Below, one piece after another: positions 1 through 8,738 of a DNA stretch of 44,639 nucleotides; position 1 is the stretch's first letter, and each line of letters starts with the position of its first letter. Under the pieces are notes generated by a model. The model did no database searches and was not told where the DNA came from. It saw only the letters and a program-made list of their open reading frames with translations. Made by a program: the position numbers and the translations under genes. This DNA is from Coriobacteriia bacterium (GTDB lineage: Bacteria > Actinomycetota > Coriobacteriia > Anaerosomatales > JAAXUF01): the NCBI GenBank assembly GCA_037140395.1, contig JBAXEO010000001.1, positions 1-44,639 of the forward strand. Direction: 5' to 3'.

Positions 1-32
1 GCTCCAGAGAGCGTGCTACACTCGCCCACGCC

Positions 33-1364
33 ATGGACACCTACCTGATTCGCACCTTTGGGTGCCAGATGAACAAACACGATTCCGAGAGGGTCGCCGG
101 GCTACTCAACGCTCAAGGGATGACGCCCGTCTCAGTAGCCGAAGATGCTGACGTTGTCGTCTTCATGACCTGCTGTGTGCGCGAAAACGCCGATGAGCGA
201 CTGCGCGGCCAAGCACGGTCGCTCAAGAGCACCAAGGCCGTCCGACCCGGACAGCTCATTGCGGTTGGGGGTTGTATCGGACAGCGGGACGGCCGGAGGC
301 TCGTGGAGCAGGTTCCCCATCTCGACGTGGTCTTTGGCACCCACAACGTTGCCAGCTTGCCAGCCCTGCTCGAGACCGCCAGGAGTCAGCGTCTACCTCA
401 GGTTGAGGTATGGCCTGAGGCGGACGGATTTGCGAGTGACCTGCCCACACAGCGCGAGCACCCGTGGCATGCGTGGGTGCCCATCACCATCGGCTGCGAT
501 AACTTCTGCACTTACTGCATCGTTCCTTACGTGAGGGGTCGCGAGAAGGCTCGACCGATCGAGCAGATCGAGGCCGAGGTTCGCCAACTGGTAGACGACG
601 GAGTCAGGGAGGTGACCCTGCTCGGACAGAACGTCAACAGCTACGGTCGCGACCTGTACGGCGAGCCTCGTTTTGCGCAGGTTTTGCGCGTAGTTGCGGA
701 TACGGGCGTCGACCGGATTCGCTTTGCTACCTCACATCCCAAGGATCTTTCCGACGACACTATCGCCGCCATGGCAGAAGTACCCGCGGTCATGCCCTAT
801 CTCCATCTCCCCATTCAATCCGGTTCCGACAATGTCCTAGCTGCCATGAACCGCCGATACACCCGGGAGGACTACCTAGGGTTGGTCAGTCGTGTCCGAG
901 ATGCAGTGCCCGGATTGGCACTTTCTACAGATGTGATCGTCGGGTTCCCCGGAGAAACCGAATCCGATTTTGACGACACCATGGATGTGCTCCAGCAGGT
1001 TGGCTTCGATCAGGCGTTCACCTTCATCTACTCGCCACGAGAGGGCACTCCGGCGGCCGCACTCGGCGAGCAGGTTTCGCGCGAGGTCTCTCAACCTCGG
1101 TTCGATCGTCTTGTTGAGCTCGTCCACAGCTCAGCATTCGCCAACAATCGCGGGCTGCTCGGCAGCGTGCAGCCGGTGCTCTTTGAAGGAGTAAGTAAGC
1201 GTGATGAGCGCACGCTCGCCGGCAGAACGCCCACCAACAAAGTCGTGCATGTCGCGGTGCCTGAAGGTCGTCTAGGTGCCGAGTTTGCGGGCAGGATTCT
1301 CGATGCCGAGATCACAGAGGCGCAGACTTGGTTCCTTGGGGGTAAACTGTTGAGTGCAGAGTAA
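33..1364 (+). CDS. miaB: tRNA i6A37 methylthiotransferase MiaB (radical SAM)
   Basis: 443-aa ORF with the MTTase N-terminal motif FGCQMN and a radical-SAM CxxxCxxC (CDNFCTYCIVP). It has a TRAM-like C-terminus and starts at ATG 33. Confidence 0.93.
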   Translation: MDTYLIRTFGCQMNKHDSERVAGLLNAQGMTPVSVAEDADVVVFMTCCVRENADERLRGQARSLKSTKAVRPGQLIAVGGCIGQRDGRRLVEQVPHLDVVFGTHNVASLPALLETARSQRLPQVEVWPEADGFASDLPTQREHPWHAWVPITIGCDNFCTYCIVPYVRGREKARPIEQIEAEVRQLVDDGVREVTLLGQNVNSYGRDLYGEPRFAQVLRVVADTGVDRIRFATSHPKDLSDDTIAAMAEVPAVMPYLHLPIQSGSDNVLAAMNRRYTREDYLGLVSRVRDAVPGLALSTDVIVGFPGETESDFDDTMDVLQQVGFDQAFTFIYSPREGTPAAALGEQVSREVSQPRFDRLVELVHSSAFANNRGLLGSVQPVLFEGVSKRDERTLAGRTPTNKVVHVAVPEGRLGAEFAGRILDAEITEAQTWFLGGKLLSAE

Positions 1365-1414
1365 GCGCCGGCTGTGTGGTGCTACCTGTTCTCAACGCAA
1401 GGACGTGAACTGCC

Positions 1415-2797
1415 ATGGCTCCGGGCACGTTCGGAATCATCGCGCCACATCCGCCCATTTTCGTTCCCTCCGTTGGCGGTCCGGCTCGACACCTCGCAAA
1501 CGCCTCCTTGGATGCGCTCGCTCTTGCGGCACGCGCTCTTACTGGTTATCGGCCCGATAGCGTGGTCTTGATCTCACCCCACGCGCCGGTCGCCGCAGAT
1601 GCGTTCTTGGTCGACACCAGCGATCAGGTCGCTGGTTCGCTGATTCAGTTTGGAGACGAGGCTGAGTACTCTTGGCCTGGCGATCCTGAGCTGGCGAGCC
1701 ATATCATCGACCGTCTCGATGCCGATGACATCCCCTGTGCTTCTCGCGATGCGGGTTCTGAGCTTCGGCCGGGATGGGCAGATCACGCGACGATTGTTCC
1801 TCTGCACTTCTTGGCGCTTCTCCCAGAGGTGCGGCTCGTGGTTCTTTCACTGTCTTTTCTCTCCTACGACTATCACCGCCGACTCGGGGAGATCGTCGCG
1901 TCTTGTGCCGATGAGCTCGGGCGCAAGGTTGCTTTTGTCGCCAGCGGCGACCTTTCACATAGGCTGACCGTTGACGCATCAGCCGGCTACTCTGTTCGCG
2001 CGGCCGAGCTGGATGGTGCCATCGTGAGTGGAGTGCGCCGCGGTGCGCTTTCCGGACTGGCTAATCTGGATCCCACGCTCGTTGAGGCGGGCGGGGAGTG
2101 CGGTCTTCGCTCGATCATTACCCTCGGCGGTTTTGTCGGCAGCGACCCTGTGCCGACGCGCGTGCTCGCGTATGAAGGCCCCTGGGGGGTTGGCTACCTT
2201 ACCGCGCTTGTGGGCGAAGACGCCCTGGGTACTGGTGCCCTATCGAGCGAGCCAGTGAGCGATTCTGGATGCAAGGGTGGCATGCCGGGTACGCCAGAAA
2301 GTGAGATCGTCTCACTCGCTCGCCGAAGCATCGAGCACTTCCTAGGTCTGGGCGATGCCCCAGATCCGATCCTTGCCGACGAGGCCTATCCGCAGACAGC
2401 GGGCGCTTTCGTCTCGCTGCACCGCGATGGCAGTCTTCGGGGCTGTATCGGTACGATCGCGCCTACGTGGCCAACTCTCGGACAAGAAGTTGCACACAAC
2501 GCGATCCAAGCAGCCACGCAAGATCCTCGGTTTACGTCACTTGTTCAGGCCGAACTCGCTGATCTCGACATCAAGGTTGACGTGCTGCATCCCCCAGAGG
2601 ACTGTGAGCTGTCCGATCTAGACCCGAGTCGCTACGGCGTGATCGTTACCCACCACGGCCGACGAGGTCTCCTCTTGCCCGATCTTGACGGCGTCGACGA
2701 CGTTCCTACTCAGGTTTCAATCGCCTTGCAGAAAGCGGGCATTTCGCCGGATGCGCCCTATTCGCTCCAGCGGTTCCTTGTGGATCGCCATGTCTGA
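1415..2797 (+). CDS. Fusion protein: class-III extradiol dioxygenase/Memo-superfamily domain (N) + AMMECR1 domain (C); function unknown
   Basis: 460-aa ORF. The N-terminal half carries a His pattern (IIAPHPP, LISPHAP, ADHATIVPLH, SGDLSHRL). The C-terminal half carries the AMMECR1 signature (AGAFVSLHRDGSLRGCIGT, RGLLLPD). Its stop overlaps the miaA start (ATGTCTGA at 2790-2797). Confidence 0.82.
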   Translation: MAPGTFGIIAPHPPIFVPSVGGPARHLANASLDALALAARALTGYRPDSVVLISPHAPVAADAFLVDTSDQVAGSLIQFGDEAEYSWPGDPELASHIIDRLDADDIPCASRDAGSELRPGWADHATIVPLHFLALLPEVRLVVLSLSFLSYDYHRRLGEIVASCADELGRKVAFVASGDLSHRLTVDASAGYSVRAAELDGAIVSGVRRGALSGLANLDPTLVEAGGECGLRSIITLGGFVGSDPVPTRVLAYEGPWGVGYLTALVGEDALGTGALSSEPVSDSGCKGGMPGTPESEIVSLARRSIEHFLGLGDAPDPILADEAYPQTAGAFVSLHRDGSLRGCIGTIAPTWPTLGQEVAHNAIQAATQDPRFTSLVQAELADLDIKVDVLHPPEDCELSDLDPSRYGVIVTHHGRRGLLLPDLDGVDDVPTQVSIALQKAGISPDAPYSLQRFLVDRHV

Positions 2798-3794
2798 GAC
2801 CACTACGGCTCATATGCCCCTCACCTCAGAGGCAGCACTCTCGGCTGTCGTTCCTCCGTCACGCATCCGGGTTCTCGCCATAGTGGGCCCCACGGGGGTT
2901 GGGAAGACCGCAGTTGCCGAGGAGGTTGCTGTGCGCCTCGGCTCGGAGATCGTCTCCGCGGACTCCATGCAGATCTACCGAGGGATGGACATCGGAACTG
3001 CGAAGCCTGCTCACGCTGATCGGCGCGTTCCGTACTGGTGCCTGGATGCCGTGAACTTGGGGACGCCCTACTCGGCCGCTCTATACCAGCAGGCTGCGCG
3101 CTCGGCAATTAGCGATATCTCGGCCCGTGGTTTGACTCCGATACTTGCCGGTGGCACAGGGCTCTACGTGCGCGCCGCGCTCGACGACTTTTCATTTCCC
3201 TCGGGGGAGCAGCAGGACAATGCGGTACGCAGGTACTACGAGGATTATGCTGCTGCGAACGGCGCGCTCGCGCTCTACGAACTCTTGCTTGAGCGTGACC
3301 CCGAATCGGCAGCCGTTGTCCACCAGAACAACACGCGCCGCGTTGTGCGGGCGCTGGAAATGCTCGACGGTGGACTGCCGTATGCCGAGCAGCGAGCAGG
3401 GTTCTCGACCCGTACAAGCATCTATGACACCGTCTTCGTCGGGGTTACGAGGAATCGAGAGGCCCTCTATACGCGCATCGATGAACGCGTTGACGCGATG
3501 ATCGATGCGGGGCTTCTCGGCGAGATTCAGGGGCTCTTGGACGCCGGACTGCGCTCGACGCTTACCGCGTCGCAGGCGATTGGCTACAAAGAGTTCGTGG
3601 GAGTCGTCGAGGGCAAGACCGACCTTGAAGAGGCCGTTGATTTGGTCAAGCAGGCGTCTCGGCGCTACGCCAAGCGCCAGCTCACATGGTTTCGCGCAGA
3701 CCCTCGCGTTGTGTGGATCGACCACGACACTTTGTCGGTTGCCGACGCTGCAGAAGCAATGCTTCGTACGCTAGACTGTCCCTCGACGTTTTAG
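2790..3794 (+). CDS. miaA: tRNA dimethylallyltransferase MiaA
   Basis: P-loop IVGPTGVGKT and an IPPT-family body (SADSMQIYRGMDIGTAKP). I chose the ATG at 2790 (MSETTT) over the ORF-track TTG/ATG at 2685, because the upstream 35 codons lie inside the preceding gene. Confidence 0.92.
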   Translation: MSETTTAHMPLTSEAALSAVVPPSRIRVLAIVGPTGVGKTAVAEEVAVRLGSEIVSADSMQIYRGMDIGTAKPAHADRRVPYWCLDAVNLGTPYSAALYQQAARSAISDISARGLTPILAGGTGLYVRAALDDFSFPSGEQQDNAVRRYYEDYAAANGALALYELLLERDPESAAVVHQNNTRRVVRALEMLDGGLPYAEQRAGFSTRTSIYDTVFVGVTRNREALYTRIDERVDAMIDAGLLGEIQGLLDAGLRSTLTASQAIGYKEFVGVVEGKTDLEEAVDLVKQASRRYAKRQLTWFRADPRVVWIDHDTLSVADAAEAMLRTLDCPSTF

Positions 3795-3839
3795 GCGAAG
3801 GCTGTCTCGCAAGCCGCACGGTCACAAGAGAGTGAAACC

Positions 3840-4724
3840 ATGGAACTCGCGTTTGTGAAGATGCACGGACTCGGCAACGACTTTGTCGTCATGGAGGATA
3901 TGACCGAGGAACTCGAGCTCTCAGCTCAAGCCGTTGAGTGGTTCTGCGACCGCAACTTCGGAATCGGCGCCGACGGACTCATTCTCGTACGCCCCTCCAC
4001 GCTTCCGGAGGCCGATTTCTTCATGCTGTACTACAACTCGGACGGTACGGTTGCGGAGATGTGCGGCAACGGCATCCGGTGCCTTGCCAAGTATGTCGTG
4101 GATCACGGCCTTGTTCCCCGGGACCAGACCGAGCTCACGATTGAGACTCTGGGTGGCATCAAACCCATCACGGTCACTCGCGCTGATGACAATACGATGC
4201 ACCTGGCTACTGTCGATATGGGCGTGCCAGTACTGGAGCCGGCGGCGATACCGACCGGCATGCGCGGAACCACCGACGATGGCGTCGTGATCAGCTTCCC
4301 GCTAGAGACTGAGCTAGGGACCTACGATGTGACGCCTGTTTCCTTGGGCAATCCCCATTGCGTCCTCTGGGTCGATGACGTAGAGACCGCCCCCGTGTAC
4401 GAGCTGGGCTCGCTGATCGAGAATCACCCTCTGTTTCCCAACAAGACCAACGTTGAGTTTGCTCAGATTGTTGACAGGGACACCATCCGCCTTCGGGTAT
4501 GGGAGCGGGGGTGTGGTGAAACGCTCGCCTGCGGGACGGGGGCGTGTGCGGCCGCGGTCGTCGGATCCCTGACCGGGCGCATCGGTAGGAAGGCCACGAT
4601 CGAACTGCCCGGAGGCGATCTGGACATCATGTGGGCCGAGAACGACCACGTACTCATGACCGGCCCCGCCGAGGAAGTCTTCTCGGGGGCGATGTTTGTA
4701 GGCGAGGACGAAGATGCCGAGTAA
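3840..4724 (+). CDS. dapF: Diaminopimelate epimerase DapF
   Basis: N-terminus MHGLGNDFVV, with both catalytic Cys motifs (MCGNGIRC, LACGTGACA). Confidence 0.94.
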   Translation: MELAFVKMHGLGNDFVVMEDMTEELELSAQAVEWFCDRNFGIGADGLILVRPSTLPEADFFMLYYNSDGTVAEMCGNGIRCLAKYVVDHGLVPRDQTELTIETLGGIKPITVTRADDNTMHLATVDMGVPVLEPAAIPTGMRGTTDDGVVISFPLETELGTYDVTPVSLGNPHCVLWVDDVETAPVYELGSLIENHPLFPNKTNVEFAQIVDRDTIRLRVWERGCGETLACGTGACAAAVVGSLTGRIGRKATIELPGGDLDIMWAENDHVLMTGPAEEVFSGAMFVGEDEDAE

Positions 4725-4838
4725 GTCGGCCTAAACTGAACACAATCTGCTCGCGCAGCGAGTGTTACCATGCAGCGACGGCCGCCGGCCGCGACACTCA
4801 TTTTGCAGAGTCAGCCCCAACTAAGGAGAGATTGCCCG

Positions 4839-5999
4839 GTGAGGACCGCCAAGCGCATCGACCACCTGCCGCCGTACCTGTTCGCCGAGATCGACCGCAA
4901 GAAGGCCATCAAGACGGCGCAAGGCATCGACGTGATCTCCCTGGGAATCGGAGACCCCGATACCCCCACTCCAGACCACATCGTCGAGGCGATGATCGCC
5001 GCTACCAAGAACCCCGCCAACCATCAGTACCCTAGCTACGTCGGCGCACCGCGCTACCGTGCTGCTTGTGCGGAGTGGATGAGCCGCCGTTTTGACGTCG
5101 AAGTCGACCCCAACACCGAGGTGCTTGCGCTTATCGGCAGCAAAGAGGGGATTGCACACCTGTTCACGGCCTTCGTTGACCCCGGCGACTACACGCTCGT
5201 TCCTGGCGCCGGCTACCCTGTCTACTACACCGGTGGCGTCATGGTCGGAGGCGAGACCTGGTGGATGCCTATGACCGAGGAGAACGGCTTCCTCGCAGAC
5301 TTTGAGTCCACTCCGGCCGATGTGCTCGCCAAGGCCAAGATGATGTTCCTGAGCTACCCCAACAACCCCACGTCGGCAATCGCCAATGACGAGTACTTTG
5401 ACCGCGCGATCGCCTTCGCAAAGAAGCACGACTTGCTCATCGTCCACGACAACGCTTACTCCGAGATCGGCTTCGACGGCTACGTCGCGCCGAGCTTCCT
5501 CCAGCGCCCCGGCGCTAAGGACGTCGCCATCGAGCTCTTCAGCTCATCCAAGGCCTACAACATGACCGGCTGGCGTGTCGCGTTCGCATGCGGAAATGCC
5601 GCCGCGATCAAGGCACTCGGTACCGTCAAGTCCAACATTGACTCTGGCGTGTTCACCGCGATTCAGGATGCCGCCATCGAGGCGTTTCTTGGCCCGCAGG
5701 ACTCGATTGTCGAGCTCAACGCGATGTATCAGCGTCGTCGTGACCTCGTTCTCTCGGCGCTGGACAAGATCGGAATTCAAGTTCCTTTCAAGCCCATCGC
5801 CACCATCTACGTGTGGGCCAAGGTGCCCGAGGGCTACACGTCTTCCAGTTTCGCTGAGAAGATCTTAGAGGAGGCCAACGTCATCGTCGCTTCGGGCTCT
5901 GCGTACGGACCCAGCGGTGAAGGCTATATCCGCATTTCGCTCACAACGCCTGATGACCGTCTGGAACTCGCCATCAAGCGCATCGAGGACTCTCTCTGA
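4839..5999 (+). CDS. dapL: Class-I PLP aminotransferase, LL-diaminopimelate aminotransferase (DapL) type
   Basis: Contains RIDHLPPYLFAEIDRKK...LGIGDPDTPTP and the PLP-Lys motif SSSKAYNMTGWR. I preferred the GTG at 4839, which is preceded by AAGGAGAG at 4823-4830, over the ATG at 4770. The DapL assignment rests on the motif pattern plus adjacency to dapF. Confidence 0.72.
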   Translation: MRTAKRIDHLPPYLFAEIDRKKAIKTAQGIDVISLGIGDPDTPTPDHIVEAMIAATKNPANHQYPSYVGAPRYRAACAEWMSRRFDVEVDPNTEVLALIGSKEGIAHLFTAFVDPGDYTLVPGAGYPVYYTGGVMVGGETWWMPMTEENGFLADFESTPADVLAKAKMMFLSYPNNPTSAIANDEYFDRAIAFAKKHDLLIVHDNAYSEIGFDGYVAPSFLQRPGAKDVAIELFSSSKAYNMTGWRVAFACGNAAAIKALGTVKSNIDSGVFTAIQDAAIEAFLGPQDSIVELNAMYQRRRDLVLSALDKIGIQVPFKPIATIYVWAKVPEGYTSSSFAEKILEEANVIVASGSAYGPSGEGYIRISLTTPDDRLELAIKRIEDSL

Positions 6000-6015
6000 G
6001 GAGACGCCGCCTTAC

Positions 6016-7335
6016 GTGGGACAGCGCCGCTACCCTGAAACTGAAGAAGGTCACCAGGATCGCCGCGAGAGAGCGATTCTGGTTGGTGTCGACCGTGGAA
6101 ACACGCTCTGGCCACTAGAAGAGTCCCTTGCCGAGCTCGCTCGTCTGGCTGACACGGCCGGCGCCGAGGTTGTGGCCACAGCCACTCAGAAGCTTGATCG
6201 GCCCCACACCAAGACCTTCATCGGCACCGGTAAGGCCGAAGAGATCGCCCAGCTGGTCCGCGAACTCGACGCGTCGCTGGTCATTTTCGACGACGATCTG
6301 ACCCCGTCGCAGCAGGCCAACCTGGAAAACACGATCGCCGACACGAAGATAGCCGACCGCACCGCTCTCATCCTCGACATCTTCGCCCTTCACGCTACCA
6401 GCCGAGAAGGCAAGCTTCAGGTCGAGCTCGCTCAGATGGAGTACCTGCTGCCTCGGCTCCGCGGTTTGTGGCGGCATCTGGATAAGTACGCGGGTGGCGG
6501 AGTGATGACGCGTGGTCCTGGTGAGTCGCAGCTTGAGACCGACCGCCGACTCGCCCGCAAGCGCATAAGCTTGCTCAATCGCCAGCTCACCGGTGTTTCC
6601 CACGAACGAGAGCTCCAGCGACGCTCACGCAGCGAGAGCGGTGTCTTTCGCGTGGCACTGGTCGGCTATACCAATGCAGGCAAATCCACACTCCTGAACG
6701 GTCTTACCGATGCTGATGTACTCCAAGCCAACATGCTGTTCGCCACGCTGGATTCCACCACGCGCCGACTTACGCTTCCCGAGGGCCGAGAGGCAACGCT
6801 CACTGACACTGTCGGCTTCATTCACAAGCTTCCGCATGGTCTGGTGGAGGCCTTCAAGTCGACGTTGGATGAGGTCGCCGAGGCTGATCTCCTCCTCCAC
6901 ATCGCCGATGCCGGCGCCGTTCAGCGCGAGGCGCAGATGCAAGCAGTCCGAGAAGTCCTGCAGGACATTGGGGCCTCGGATACGCCGAGCGTTGTTATCT
7001 ACAACAAGATCGACACGCTACCCACTTCAGAGCTCGCCGGTCTGCGTGCGCGACACTCGGGTGCGGTCTTTGTCTCGGGACTGACGGGGGAGGGGCTCTC
7101 GGCGCTGCTCGCGCGAATCGCCGAAGAGGCGTCACGCGGAGGAGAGACGATGACTGTCATGATTCCGTACACCCGCGGCGACCTCATCGCACTAGCTCAC
7201 GAGCGTGCGCAAATCGTGACTGAACGGCATCGCGAAGAGGGCACGCGGTTGATCATCAAGGTCCCCCGGGGTCTCGCAACGACCTTTGCTCCGTTCGAGA
7301 CAGACGAGCTCGGAGATGACATCCCGTCGATTTGA
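6016..7335 (+). CDS. hflX: GTPase HflX
   Basis: HflX N-domain (ERAILVGV, KLQVELAQMEYLLPRL), with G1 GYTNAGKST, G3 DTVGF and G4 NKID. I preferred the GTG at 6016, which follows GAGGAG at 5998-6003, because the ORF-track start at 5917 overlaps dapL by 83 nt. Confidence 0.88.
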   Translation: MGQRRYPETEEGHQDRRERAILVGVDRGNTLWPLEESLAELARLADTAGAEVVATATQKLDRPHTKTFIGTGKAEEIAQLVRELDASLVIFDDDLTPSQQANLENTIADTKIADRTALILDIFALHATSREGKLQVELAQMEYLLPRLRGLWRHLDKYAGGGVMTRGPGESQLETDRRLARKRISLLNRQLTGVSHERELQRRSRSESGVFRVALVGYTNAGKSTLLNGLTDADVLQANMLFATLDSTTRRLTLPEGREATLTDTVGFIHKLPHGLVEAFKSTLDEVAEADLLLHIADAGAVQREAQMQAVREVLQDIGASDTPSVVIYNKIDTLPTSELAGLRARHSGAVFVSGLTGEGLSALLARIAEEASRGGETMTVMIPYTRGDLIALAHERAQIVTERHREEGTRLIIKVPRGLATTFAPFETDELGDDIPSI

Positions 7336-7362
7336 TCCCGCCGCCGGGACCGGCCGTGCGGC

Positions 7363-7986
7363 TCAGAGTCGTCTGAACAGGGCGACGACTTTGCCCAGGA
7401 TCTCCACGTCGACTGCGTAAATGGGCTCCATAGTGGAGTTCTCGGGCTGCAAACGGATGCGGTCTGCCTCTCGAAAGTACGTCTTGACGGTGGCTTCCTC
7501 GCCAATCATCGCAACCACAATGTCGCCATTGGTCGCCGTGGGCTGCTGACGCACAACAACGAAGTCGCTATCCATGATGCCAACGTCAATCATTGACTCT
7601 CCGCGAACGCGCAAGATGAAGGTGGCGTCGGTGGCAAACTCCGCGGGTAACGACATCGTTTGTTCGATGTTCTCCGAGGCAAGAATTGGCTGTCCGGCCG
7701 CAACCTGCCCAACCACCGGAACGGCTCGGACGGAACCGTAGTCGATGCCTCTTTCGGTCTCGCGGAAGTCGAGAACCTCAAGCGCTCGTGGCTTTGATGG
7801 ATCCCTCCGGATGAAACCCTTGGCCTCAAGAGCTGCCAGATGAGAGTGGACGGTCGATGACGAAGACAGGCCGACCGCGTGTCCTATCTCGCGAACACTC
7901 GGCGGATAGCCGCAGCGATGGACCTCCGCGCGCACGAAATCCAGAATCTCCTGCTGCCGCTTGGTGAGTTCGCGCTTGTAGGTCAT
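7363..7986 (-). CDS. lexA: SOS repressor LexA
   Basis: Winged HTH ([27 protein letters not shown]), an Ala-Gly cleavage site (VAAGQP), catalytic Ser (RGESM) and Lys (EATVKT). The ATG at 7986 (MTYKREL) follows a GAGGGGG RBS. The 42 upstream codons of the ORF track were rejected. Confidence 0.94.
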   Translation of the reverse strand: MTYKRELTKRQQEILDFVRAEVHRCGYPPSVREIGHAVGLSSSSTVHSHLAALEAKGFIRRDPSKPRALEVLDFRETERGIDYGSVRAVPVVGQVAAGQPILASENIEQTMSLPAEFATDATFILRVRGESMIDVGIMDSDFVVVRQQPTATNGDIVVAMIGEEATVKTYFREADRIRLQPENSTMEPIYAVDVEILGKVVALFRRL

Positions 7987-8003
7987 CGAGGCCCCCTCGG
8001 TAT

Positions 8004-8017
8004 CGAACATCTGTACG
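8004..8017. promoter_or_regulatory. LexA (SOS/Cheo-type) box, one mismatch: CGAACATCTGTACG
   Basis: Matches CGAAC-N4-GTTCG except GTAC for GTTC. It lies 18 nt upstream of the lexA start, consistent with autoregulation. Confidence 0.6.
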
Positions 8018-8048
8018 GGCACAGTGTAGCTGCGCATTGAGTTCAGCG

Positions 8049-8062
8049 CAAACGTGCGTTCG
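8049..8062. promoter_or_regulatory. LexA box, one mismatch: CAAACGTGCGTTCG
   Basis: Matches CGAAC-N4-GTTCG with A for G in the left arm. It lies in the lexA/LysM divergent intergenic region. Confidence 0.5.
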
Positions 8063-8079
8063 CTTTGGCTATTGCATAT

Positions 8080-8093
8080 CGCACACGTGTTCG
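8080..8093. promoter_or_regulatory. LexA box, one mismatch: CGCACACGTGTTCG
   Basis: Matches CGAAC-N4-GTTCG with C for A in the left arm. Confidence 0.5.
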
Positions 8094-8105
8094 CTACTGT
8101 GTAGG

Positions 8106-8119
8106 CGAACACATGTTCG
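8106..8119. promoter_or_regulatory. LexA box, perfect palindrome CGAACACATGTTCG
   Basis: Perfect GAAC-N4-GTTC inverted repeat with matching flanks, 78 nt upstream of the LysM-gene ATG at 8197. Confidence 0.8.
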
Positions 8120-8196
8120 TATCACCGCAAGACGATGTCAGACCCTTGCGCGAGTATGCCGAGAACGTCACGACATCCAATTCAGGGGAGAGATAC

Positions 8197-8589
8197 ATGA
8201 GCAGGTCAGCGGTATTCGGAGAGTCAGTTGCTCGGTTGACGGAAGAGCGACGGCGTAGCGTGCCCCGCGGGCGAACGGCTCACGCCGTCGGACTGCCGTC
8301 AGGGCTGCTGGAGATTGCGATCCTTGCCCTCATAGCACTGCTGCTGGTCGTCGCCACGCTCTCCACCCGTGCTCCTCGGACTCAGCCGCCCATGGTGTCG
8401 CAGATCAAAGTGGAACGTGGTGATACCTTGTGGAACCTCGCAACGGCCCATCCTGTGAAGGGAATGACAACGGCGCAAGTAATCGATCTGGTCGCAGAAG
8501 TCAACCATCTCGATGGCGGCTTGATTAGGCCCGACGAGACCATTCTCGTTCCGACCGCGGCACTTGACGAGAGGCTTGCCTCCCGCTGA
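8197..8589 (+). CDS. Single-pass membrane protein with C-terminal LysM domain; YneA/ChiZ-like candidate SOS cell-division inhibitor
   Basis: The ATG at 8197 follows GGGGAGAG. The protein has a basic N-tail, a TM segment (LLEIAILALIALLLVVATL) and a LysM domain (IKVERGDTLWNLA...IRPDETILVP). It is divergent from lexA with SOS boxes between them. The ORF-track start at 8065 would place the SOS boxes inside the coding sequence. Confidence 0.78.
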   Translation: MSRSAVFGESVARLTEERRRSVPRGRTAHAVGLPSGLLEIAILALIALLLVVATLSTRAPRTQPPMVSQIKVERGDTLWNLATAHPVKGMTTAQVIDLVAEVNHLDGGLIRPDETILVPTAALDERLASR

Positions 8590-8738
8590 CGCCCTACCTG
8601 TGGACGATTGGACCTGACCGGATTGCGCCATAATGGGCATGTTGTCCAAAAGTTTCATTGAATGTCATACGCCATGCGCATTGAAGCCCAACATCTTGTG
8701 TGCTACTTTTCTGAGTAGCCTACATATAGGGGTGTGCG

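Noticed and set aside
8686-8735. Possible tandem NrdR boxes upstream of nrdR (GCCCAACATCTTGTGT at 8686-8701; CTACATATAGGGGTGT at 8720-8735) overlapping a TTGAAG-17-TACTTT promoter-like pair.
   Set aside because: The first site matches about 12 of 16 positions of the acaCwAtATaTwGtgt consensus as I remember it. The second matches poorly, and the spacing (34 bp) is off the usual 31-32 bp. The case is too weak without a matrix scan.
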